Assembly: GCA_965645245.1 (NCBI GenBank)
Contig: OZ287077.1
Coordinates: 496,001-560,000, forward strand
Direction: 5' to 3'
DNA length: 64,000 bases
DNA from: Massalongia carnosa
Lineage: Eukaryota
Within the stretch, counting starts at the first letter, position 1. Each line of letters opens with the position of its first letter. The notes below the pieces were generated by a model. It saw only the letters and a list, made by a program, of their open reading frames with translations. It searched no databases and was not told the DNA's origin. The position numbers were made by a program, and so were the translations under genes. Below are positions 25,001 to 34,704 of the stretch, one piece after another.

Positions 25001-25231
25001 CTTGGTCTTACCACATTCATAATCAGGTGTGTCCTTAGACGGCCTCGACATGACAATCGTTGAATCTAGGTTTACTAACAATATGTCTAGTGGTCGACGG
25101 AACCTCAGCCATGGTCGTGGATGGACATCATCATTCAAGCACAAGACGGTTTTTTTGATGGTCGGAGAACTAATGCGTACGGGGAGAAGTGGGAGGGGCC
25201 GACCATCATTCGCTATGATGAAATGACTTGA
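22100..25231 (+). CDS. Fusion: nucleotide-sugar transporter (TPT/SLC35-like) plus DXD glycosyltransferase (GT32/Gly_transf_sug-like)
   Basis: Exons 22100-22262, 22338-22350, 22415-22747, 22803-25026 and 25091-25231, all GT-AG and in phase. N half is multi-TM with LNRVVLTTGVFKFPYPVTVSLAQ and LPSYILFRIGVIPLSFIL. C half has FHVYWTG, YLYTQNL, SDAVRFIVLHMYGGVYCDMDVLLLRDMRPL and AWSYHIHNQW. Confidence 0.85.
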
Positions 25232-25882
25232 CTTGAAGGATAGAGTAGCTGACAACATATATTTCATCCGATTCATCAGTCAAACAAAAGGAACGCTTCG
25301 AGAACCGGATGCTCCTTAGCGGTAGGGATCGCGATGAAGAGGCAGGAGTCTAGCTGTTGGCGATTCCAAATTCAATTTCGTCATCAAGGTCAAATGCCGA
25401 GGTGTGGGAGAGTGGACGTGCAGTAGTGGGAAGATTCCAAAGGGATCTCTTGCACAGTGGGGCAGAGGCAAAACCAAGGTTCTGTGCTCTCAAACTGCTT
25501 ACACAATCCTCTTTTGTGGTTAGCTACCTTTTCAGAAGCATCGTTCGTGCTCAAATCGACTTCAATAAAAAGCCGAACAGACGCTTCGCCGACAGTGGAA
25601 AATCATGACGACTTGAGCCCATCTAGAGTTAAGATCTCGATTTCGGAAAAGCTGCTTAGGTGTTGATATACAAGAGGTCAAAGGCGTGATTGACAATTCA
25701 GAGGAAGAGTTTCTCCTCACTCTCTATCATGAGTTGTTTAGATGATTCTGAGTAGCGAACATCATAGAATGGATTTTAAACGATCGTGAAAAATCCAACT
25801 GATGTATTCTTTTTAAGCATCGTATATCATAACGTTTTTCTATCCGTTGGCGGGGCTTTGAAATCTCACCTACATACCCGGG

Positions 25883-26124
25883 CACGCGAGTGACAAAAAT
25901 TAAATTTACACGGAAACTTTTTCCTCACCAAAATCACCGGATTTTCTATCATAAACCGTAGCGTTTTTTTAGTTAATTTCATGATTTTTTGAACTTCAAT
26001 AATTAAATCAATAATCTGCCATTCTGCCTTCATCAATCACTGCTTGCAAACTTTTAGGCATTAAATCACGATGATTTTGGTGGGGGGGAAATTTTGGTGT
26101 AAATTTAATTTTGTCACCTGCGTG
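25883..26124 (-). mobile_element. MITE / deletion derivative related to the Tc1-type element at 968-2290
   Basis: Ends CACGCGAGTGACAAAAATTAAATTTACAC and GTGTAAATTTAATTTTGTCACCTGCGTG. The internal minus strand (about 26010-26062) reads MPKSLQAVIDEGRMADY*, like a Tc1 transposase C-terminus. Confidence 0.85.
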
Positions 26125-26942
26125 AGGGGTTAACTTGCACTCAGGAACGGAGAAATACTTATTCCAGAATTAGCTACATCACGTGATTTTGCTGGTCATG
26201 TTTAGATACCAAGCAAAAGATTCTTTTCTAGGCCTTTGCTCTTTAGCTACGTTTTATGACATATATTTATTACCAGCCGGGTGCTTGGCTATCCATCCTC
26301 AGCGATAACGCGGTAGATCCGTCATTCGAAATCTTTGCTCTAAATAAAATACTACGGTTTTCGTAACCTTCCAACAGTTCATTCAACGCGTCAGGTTCAC
26401 ATTACAGTTGCAAGAAAGGAGGGTATGATAAAACATGACATAGTCCCGACCGAAAACTGTCATCCTCCATCCAATAAAGCACCCTGACATACCCACCTTT
26501 ACCTATAAAAGCTATCCTGCAGACAGAACAGGACTTCTCTATGCATGTTTGAGCGAGTGCATAAAAGTTAACATCTCTGTGCTGCCTTCGAAGCCTCCCG
26601 ATTGCCCATCTACTGGTCTGACCTGAGTCGCCGAAATGATTATAGGGTAAAGTTCCAGTTCAAATGCTTGCAGCTACTCCGGCGTGTTCAGGCAGAACGA
26701 GCGCCCATTGGGACGCAAAAAATGTCAAATGTTCTATGACAACATGAACTTAAAACTCCGTATAATTGGGGGACCTGTGGATTACATCCAAGCGGATTTG
26801 CGCTCAGTCCCAAAGTGAGCACAACCGTGTTTTTGCAAGACTGTTACGTTCTTTCTTAAATTCGTTGTCGTTGCGTTCTTCAACTTTCTATTTTCTTTTC
26901 GATGATTTAAGGAGAGCTGCAGGAACGTTTTAGAGCACAACG

Positions 26943-28347
26943 ATGAGCTGGACATTGCTAGCAGAAACACCAGCGCTTAAACCTCCTCCTGGCGTATCTT
27001 CAAATTTGGTCAATCCGTCTTCTCTACGACCGGTATTTATTGCTGCTGTAACTTTGGAGCTATTCTTAACTTCATTGGCTGTCGGGGCTCGCGTAGTCAT
27101 AAAAATACTGATCCATAAGTCGATGCAATTAGAAGACTGTCAGGGCTTGTATCCTGTAAAATTTCATGCGTGCTTGCGCTAAAATATGTACAGATACTTC
27201 AGTTGCCGCTTGGGTGAGTATTCATTTCAATATGACCGCGGTAGTAAGTGTCTTTACTTTATGTGCAGCTAATTTTTGTAGCTGGGCTTCATAGCTTGGG
27301 CCGCAATCTCTTTGGTCCTTGCTAACTCTGGACTATCGCTTCATCAATGGGACGTGTCCGTACTAAACAGCTTCACGATCCTCCGGGTAAGCTGATCAGG
27401 AAAGCCATCTTGATTAAATAACTTATATGCTGATGGAGGTGTCCACTGTCTAGCTCGTAAACATTACAGAAATACTCTACAGTCCTATAATATTCACTGC
27501 AAAGGCATCTATTTTGTTACAATTCCTAAGGATATTCTGCCCATCACGCCAGGGGTTAACGTACTGGACAATACACCTTTTCATGTGGACTAACTTATGC
27601 TATTATTTAGCAACAATCATTGCTATAGTCTTCCAATGTAGCCCAAGGGAAAAAATATGGCATCCCTATGTTCCAGGCCAATGCATCAACATCGATGTTC
27701 AGATCATTACCTCTGGGACTTGGAATGTCATCTCGGATGTTTCTATCTTGGTACTACCTCTTCATTCCATATGGCTTTTGCAAATGCCAGTAGAAAGAAA
27801 ACTCGGCGTCTCTACCGTTTTTGCTGCCGGACTATTGTAGGCTACTGCGTCCCGAGACCCTGTTGTAGGCTTTCCCTATTTGACTCTTTTTAGTGCTTGC
27901 ATAGCCAGCATTTGCCGCCTTGTTTACAGCGTGCAAAACTTACATACCCTCGATAAAACCTATGCTTTTCAAAGGTTCGGACTTTGGGCGTGCGTATTCA
28001 ACCTTATCAGGCATATTTTTAATATTAATTCACCCAACGCTGACTGAAGGATAAGTTTCGCCGAGGTAACGACATTGATCATCTGCGGCTGCCTCCCTAT
28101 TTTGCCGAAGTTAATTCAGGTCTTTCGCCACCAAAAGAACCCCAGTTCCCCCGAAGGGCACTCTGTTCACCTTGGAAGAATACGAAATGACACGAGCAGA
28201 ACCAAACCTCTAGACTTATCCCAATCATCGGGTGGAACATGGGTGGATCAAGGAGATCAGAACCTGACGTCATCCCGTGCATATGGACTTTCGATACAGC
28301 CTGCGAAAAGAGTTAGTGAAGAGGAATCCAACATGGAAGTATCTTGA
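26943..28347 (+). CDS. PTH11-like (fungal rhodopsin-domain) integral membrane protein without CFEM, about 6 exons
   Basis: PPPGVSSNLVNP, ARVVIK...LEDY, HQWDV, AKASILLQFLRIF, FQCSPREKIW...GQC, NVISDVSILVLPLHSIWLLQM...KLGV, ACIASICRL and AEVTTLIICGCLP, joined across GT-AG introns. Confidence 0.9.
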
Positions 28348-28955
28348 AAACAATACGCATCGAGCCTCGGGCGGAATATGAAACTTGCATCTAACAGACG
28401 AAAGACTGGAAGAGAGGGCAGGGCTGGGGTTTCTATAGGATATTCCTACGCCGCAATCAAAATTCTCTTACTCGCTCTTTTTCGCCCATTATTCACTCAC
28501 CCCTGAGCCTTATTTTCCATCACTAACGCCCATGTAGAAACCATTTTTGATACATCGCCTACGGTCTATCTCTTAGCCGCGAGCACAAAACGGGTAGCTC
28601 GGCTAGGTGGCGTTGACCGTGGCTCAAGTAGTCTAGGCTGTCCTTGCAATGCATGACGATTGCTGCGCCAACATATAGATATTCGAGAGCTACTACAATT
28701 TCATGACCAAGAGCATTCTAGAAACGTGATTCGAAATTGTCGCTGGACTATAGCATGCTGTGGTTAGTTGACCATGTCCATGCGATGGTTACAGACAGCT
28801 GCTTGTCAGAGAGCTTTCCAAAATAAGGGAAAGCCAAAAGAGAGGCACTTATATATAGCTAGGTCTATTTTTTGAATTTCTAGAAAGATCCTTCCACGGT
28901 CTCAAATTAGGCATTCTCCCTTATCTATTATATTTCTCGTCCTGTCCGCTTCTAC

Positions 28956-29390
28956 ACATAAGTCTCCGCGAGAGGGGGGTTTTGCACCAAAACTCGTTCA
29001 TGTTCACACATGAATTAATCTGTTTTCGCAGTCTGCGATTTTTTTGTGATTTAAAACCCTTATTAATCAATATAATTCAACTCGAAAACAGTTTTATTTT
29101 ATGAATTGGTGTCGTTGAGAAGTAAGTTTGACTCATTTGAAAATATTGATTTTCTCTGCAAATTTCAAGCGAAAATCTCGATTTTCAATTGATATTAATT
29201 TTACATGATTAAAACATCATTATTTGATAATACCTATATACCAAATGCGAACAGACAAAAAGATAATTCAATTGATTCTTCATAACATGTTTTCACTACA
29301 TAAATTTCATAAACTGAAAAGATAAGCTAATCAATATGTGAACATGACGAGTTTTGGTGTAAGAAACCCCCCTCTCGCGGAGACTTATGT
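28956..29390. mobile_element. AT-rich MITE
   Basis: Imperfect TIRs of about 55 bp, ACATAAGTCTCCGCGAGAGGGGGGTTT...CACCAAAACTCGT..CATGTTCACA, at both ends. Non-coding AT-rich interior; no clear TSD. Confidence 0.8.
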
Positions 29391-30527
29391 CCTGGTACTG
29401 TAGCCCACAGCTCGGGGGAAATATCTCCACGAGATCACTTCATATGTGATAAGCTCGAGATCAAAGCTTCTTGGTCCGAAATCTATACTTCATCTGATGA
29501 AACATTCGTTTGCTCCAGCGGAACGGAATAGACGAGGAATCTTGATTTACCGGATCGGAGCCTGCTTGAATAAATGAATCGAAAAATGGTTCTTGAACCA
29601 CCTGCTCGGAAGAAGCTTCTTGCTTATCGGATTTGATTTCTATCGCCGTGGGTATACTCTCTACACAACACGAGACCGGGTGATCACTATCTCCGCCCTG
29701 GCATAGGACGTTTCTAATGGTTGTTAGCAGCTTTTTGGTTTGAACAGTGCTGATGACAGATAACGAACTCTGCAAATTCACCCGTCAAGCACCCGTTTTC
29801 CTCGTTGTTCTTATAGCGATTCAAGCAGGTCGAGCTCTGAAATGGTATTGGACAGAAAACTTCGACGCAGCATCGCAGGCGATTATCTTTGTTATCTACA
29901 TACATCGTAAGCCGTTGTCGTATCATCGAGGTAACCAGAAACTAGGCGGCTTTTGTCAGCCATGCAACGAATTCATACTATTTACAAACTTGTTTTCGAC
30001 AGATACTCTGTGTGGACAGTTCTGGGGATATTCCCAACTTCCTCTTTGCTGATCGCTGTCAACGCCTGAGCTATGCACCAGAAAGAAGGATGCCTACACC
30101 ATGGAATCCACAAACGTCATGTTCACCCTTCAGTTGCCACCACCAGAGCATCTCGCCTCTTTCGCGGATAGGTGGCTTACAGACGACTCCGACAACAAAC
30201 AGCACGATCGGAAAGAGCAAAATGCACATTTCTTCAGATCCAATGGAGTATTGCCATGAAGAGTACTTTGGAAGATGAAATACATCTAGGTATTTGCGTT
30301 ATCTTCGGAGGCGGAAAACATCCGTCTATTTTTCTGCTTATGGAAAACCTATAACAGGCTACCTCAACTACGCGAGAAAAATTGCTGCTGTACATCAAGG
30401 CTAGATGGACAGAAACCAGCCGTCTAAACAAAATGGTTTTATTCGCATATGATATTCTTCATAGTAGGTGGCATTCATGCAAAATGGTCGGGTGTCGGAG
30501 ACTTAAGGTCGATATTTGAAACGGCTA

Positions 30528-32467
30528 ATCGTGCCAAAACACTAAACCCCAACCGAGTCAGGGTCTAGTGCCCGACGGTCTACTGACGCATACAGTCTAC
30601 TGACGCACTTTCCCCATTTTCACTACCATTTCTGCTCCAAATCAAGGACAACAACGGTTATGCAGAAACTGATTGATTATGACGCTGGTAAAATAGCTTC
30701 GCTTGTCTGGGCATCGATCTGGCGATTCTTTTATAAGTTACCTTTTGTCCAGGGCAATCTGCTTCTTTTCAGCAGCTAGTGTAGCACGTTCATAGGCCAG
30801 TCTGGTCTTTTCCACCTCGTTCTGACAACGTTTCGAGGTTTTGGCCCGTACATCTCCTACAGTTATGACCCCTCCCTTCTGGGCGACCTTTCCATCCAAT
30901 TTTCTACGGGCCGCCTTCGCGATGGACTGTTGTTGACTGGCTCGAAGGTCCCGCTCAATAATCTGACGTGCATGCGCATTGGAAATAGAGCCCTTCACAA
31001 ATCGATTCACATGACAATCCCATTCATTGTCCAGCACGTTGTATTTCTTCAAACTCATTCGAAGGTGTAAGCCATATTCAACCACCTCTTTAGTCGTACG
31101 GGGCGTTCTGGCGAGCAGAGGGGCTGACAAAGGTGGGGGCGGGGTAGCAGGTCTCCGAGTTTGAATTGCCTCCAGCTTTCGAATTACCACATTGGGGTTA
31201 TAAGGCACCAGACCCGTGTTTCTGAATGACGATAATATGGTAGATGAGGTGAATGTTTGATTTCGCATGCGCTGAAAAATGGACAAAAAATCCAGTTTGT
31301 CGAAATCTGCCCCTCCGAGTCGCACCATTTCGTCAATGCCTTCGGAATGATAATGTTTGAACGGCTGAAAACATCCTACATCCAATGGCTGAGTGAGATG
31401 TGTTGAATGAGGAGGCAAACGAAACAATTCAATGTGATTTCGTTTGGCATATGTAAAAAACTCATATGTCATATGAGATCCATACCCGTCCATGATCAAC
31501 ATACGCCAGGCCCCTACCTGACCCTTTCGACTGTGTTTATCGAAATGTTTCAACCAATCAATAGCCAAATCATCATTGGAATAGCCGGTAGGACTAGTAG
31601 TCAACAAAACATCGTCATTCAGATCGTTTTGTTGTGTCCACTTTTCGAGAATCAAAGCCCCCGCGATAATCACCATGGGGGGAATGTTTCGCCCCCCAGC
31701 ACTAATACACTCACACGAGGTAACATATTCTCTATTATCTGGATCTGTCAATAGCAAGGGCTTTCTGGAGTGAGTTGATATAACCCAATGAGCCCTACCA
31801 CAGCCAATTCGAAAGCCCGTTTCATCCATGTTCCAAACGTCCTCGTCCACTATTCCCCGCGTCTTTCGCGCAGTTCGATATGCTTCAAAATACTCGAGCA
31901 TGTCCTTTGCATCGTGCGCGTGTTTTCGCTCAGCGGCCAGAGGTTTTTGTTTTCGCTTGAAAAATTGAGGATGACGATTGAGGAAACGTTTGGTCCAGGC
32001 CTCGCTGACGTGAAGGGGGGGGATGGAGGCGTCTAAATGAGCTTCTCGAAGTAGATAATTAGCAGCCCCCCGAACCATTGAAAACCTGGCTGATTGTTCG
32101 GCTTGATCGAGCATCACAATATATTCACAAAGGGCCAATTCTTGTTCATCAGATAAGGCCTTGTTGGGGCCAGATCGACCGATGCGCGAACCCCCTCCAG
32201 CAAGTCGTCTTTGAAGCGTACGAATGTCGACATCGAAATCAATGGCTACTGCGCGTATACTTCGAAATTCACCCGTGTTCCACGCGTTTATAGCATCGAC
32301 AATTTGATCCTCCTTATTAGAATATGAGTTAGGCATGGTGGTGGTAGATGAAAGACGTGGTGAAAATGGTAGTGAAAATGGGAAAAGTGCGTCAGTAGAC
32401 TGTATGCGTCAGTAGACCGTCGGGCACTAGACCCTGACTCGGTTGGGGTTTAGTGTTTTGGCACGAT
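30528..32467 (-). mobile_element. pogo/Fot1-family DNA transposon, apparently intact
   Basis: 104-bp TIRs at 30528-30631 and 32364-32467 with one mismatch. TA TSD at 30526-27 and 32468-69. Each TIR carries a tandem AC[GA]GTCTACTGACGCA repeat. Confidence 0.95.
30738..32336 (-). CDS. pogo/Fot1 transposase (CENP-B-type HTH plus DDE_1)
   Basis: Uninterrupted 532-aa ORF with SIRAVAIDFDV HTH, WTKRFLNRH, WNMDETGF, LIMDGYGSH and LPPHSTHLTQPLDVGCF. Confidence 0.95.
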   Translation of the reverse strand: MPNSYSNKEDQIVDAINAWNTGEFRSIRAVAIDFDVDIRTLQRRLAGGGSRIGRSGPNKALSDEQELALCEYIVMLDQAEQSARFSMVRGAANYLLREAHLDASIPPLHVSEAWTKRFLNRHPQFFKRKQKPLAAERKHAHDAKDMLEYFEAYRTARKTRGIVDEDVWNMDETGFRIGCGRAHWVISTHSRKPLLLTDPDNREYVTSCECISAGGRNIPPMVIIAGALILEKWTQQNDLNDDVLLTTSPTGYSNDDLAIDWLKHFDKHSRKGQVGAWRMLIMDGYGSHMTYEFFTYAKRNHIELFRLPPHSTHLTQPLDVGCFQPFKHYHSEGIDEMVRLGGADFDKLDFLSIFQRMRNQTFTSSTILSSFRNTGLVPYNPNVVIRKLEAIQTRRPATPPPPLSAPLLARTPRTTKEVVEYGLHLRMSLKKYNVLDNEWDCHVNRFVKGSISNAHARQIIERDLRASQQQSIAKAARRKLDGKVAQKGGVITVGDVRAKTSKRCQNEVEKTRLAYERATLAAEKKQIALDKR

Positions 32468-33404
32468 TAGGGTTTACTTGTATTTTCTACAGGCTTAAAT
32501 AGCATGAAGAACTTTAGACCTTCAGACATAGATTAATAAGAAACGTTGAAGCTGCAGGCTAAACTTACCTTAGCTGCATATGCGCTGCGAGTTTTGTCAT
32601 GTATGGGGGCGAATACGTATGTTTTCCAACAAGGCCATCTCCTTGACCTTGGGTAGTAAGCACTCCGAGAACTCCCAGAAGAACGAATGAGGATAGAGAC
32701 AGTTGGCCGCTCACGTGAAGAAGGAATAGATAACACAGCAATCAGGGTTATAACAACCGTCTAGGCCTTTACTAGTGGGTGGTTGGAGGAGTAGATGCTT
32801 CATGCACAAAATGCACCAATTGCCGGCCAATATCCTGTAGGGATTATCCTATTGGTTGTTCTGGCAGGACTGACCTTAAGCCTTGCATATGAGGTCGGCC
32901 ATTGATATATTCCATGTTGCCCCATGAATAGCATCGATCTATGCCTGTCCCTTCCCAAACGTACGAAGCCAAAGCTCTAGCTAGGAGAGGTATCGTGCGG
33001 GGAAATACAGCTGTAGTTGAACACGGCCACTGGATCCTAACTACAAAACTACGGTTTGGAGCCTAGAAGCACGTTCTAGCTTTGTCGCTCAGTAATTATG
33101 CCTCTCCTGCAAGGTAAATTATCATGATGATTTATAGTAACCTCAACCAAATCGATGAGTGTAAATACAGCATTTCGGTCAATTTTAAATGACTCACTGT
33201 CGTCTTCCAAAACCAGCCTTGATGATAGCAAAAGGATGCTTTAATAAGGTAATGACAGATAGGTTCAGCTAAATAAATTCGTAACCTTCAGTATCCCACA
33301 AGCCATGTCTTCCCTTTCCCTTACTTTCCCTTCGCAACACTCGCCTCGAAACTGTCTCGATTTATAGTCAACCTTCCAACATAGGCTGTATCGCTGCTAT
33401 GGGT

Positions 33405-33533
33405 TTAGTGCTGTACATAAATCTAGTTAGCAGAGAAGCGCCGAAAGGAAAGAAAACTCACCCCGCAGCTGTCACATCCACAGCTGTCACAAGCCCCGGT
33501 ACAGGAGCAGCTCCCGCAAGAACAGTCAGTCAT
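33405..33533 (-). CDS. Metallothionein A, 25 aa, 8 Cys
   Basis: Exon 1 at 33533-33462, intron GTGAGT...GCTAAC...ACAG, exon 2 at 33410-33405 (CAC TAA). Product MTDCSCGSCSCTGACDSCGCDSCGH. Confidence 0.88.
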
Positions 33534-33682
33534 GATTGCTGTGTGGTTTGGTGGTAGCGTTAGATTGTTTCAATGTCGCTGGCGGAGGCAGAAGTCTTTG
33601 CTAATCGTGAGGGATGATTTTAGGAGTTTTTGGATCGTTGTCTGAAAACAAAGAGAATGGGAGAGACTGGATACCTGGATTA

Positions 33683-33732
33683 CTTATAAACGAAACTTCT
33701 AGACAACTACTTCCTAGACCAATTTTCAGCTG
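33683..33732 (-). promoter_or_regulatory. Candidate promoter of metallothionein A: TATA, imperfect HSE, Ace1-like site
   Basis: TTTATAAG on the minus strand near 33683-33690. GAAacTTCtaGAc at 33692-33704. TTTCAGCTGT near 33724-33733 fits HTHNNGCTGD. These motifs are short and could be chance. Confidence 0.35.
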
Positions 33733-34493
33733 TTCCCTCGACCAACCAAAGGCCGTGGATTACGCACATACCCCTCGCTGATCAAGACCTGGGCAGGAGA
33801 AAACATGCCAATTAAGTAAGGGCATTTCAATATTGTTATGGAAGAAGCCGCATCCAGGGCTAGCGCTTCCTACGTGGTTTGTGCGTCATGCAGCAGATGG
33901 CGGGGGGCGACCGAACGCTCCTTGTGCAGCTACCTTCGCGACTCGGGTGGCGGTAGCGGAACTTACCTTGCATGTTCGAGGCGATCGAGATTGGGGAACT
34001 TTAAATGACTGGTCAAGCGTGAATGGATAACATAAGGCAGGAAGCACCTAAGCGACCGTGCAAGGCAAGATAATGCAGATGTCACCCAAGCGGGGTCCGG
34101 GGAAGAGGAAGAGCAACACTAGATCGACAGTGTATCATTCAAAAGCTGGGGTAGGGCAGGGCACGGACGAATGGAAGGGATAGATATGGCCTAAGGCGCC
34201 AAAGGACCACATAGAATGAAATAAATCAAGAAACAGATCTTCAAAGTTCTTATGCTGCGAAAACGAATAATATTTGCAAAGGAGTGTGGTGTGTGTTGTA
34301 AATCAAAATGCTAGCTACCCCATAATCAGCCACAATCAAGACGCATCGTCCTCAAGTAAATCCAGCGCAAGGCAACAATCACCCCACCGCACCATCATCA
34401 ATCAACTCCATCCGTAAATCACCCCAAACCGTGTCATCTAACATACGTCGATGCTATGTCCGTAAAATCCAACCGAGTGCCTAACCTCCAGTA

Positions 34494-34704
34494 TTCTATC
34501 AAGAGCAGAGACGTCAGCGAGGTTTTGCCTAAGCTTTGATAGCGAGGCCATAGGTATCGATTCTTACATTTGCAATCGCACTCTCCGCTGGGGCACGCAC
34601 AGTTACTTCCACAGGTGCAGCCGCAGTCGCCTAATGGGGAACCCAAAGAGATTAGCTATGATCTTTCGAATGGGGGGTTGCTGAAGATGAGATGATTTAC
34701 CCAT
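34494..34704 (-). CDS. Metallothionein B, 22 aa, 7 Cys (Neurospora Cu-MT-like)
   Basis: Exons 34704-34701 (ATG G), 34630-34568 and 34495-34494. Introns GTAAAT...GCTAAT...TTAG and GTAAGA...GCTGAC...ATAG. Product MGDCGCTCGSNCACPSGECDCK, with stop T|AA. Confidence 0.88.

Noticed and set aside
29461..30230. Signal-peptide-like MCILLFPIVLFVVGVVC on the minus strand with downstream intron-like segments
   Set aside because: No continuous frame can be assembled.
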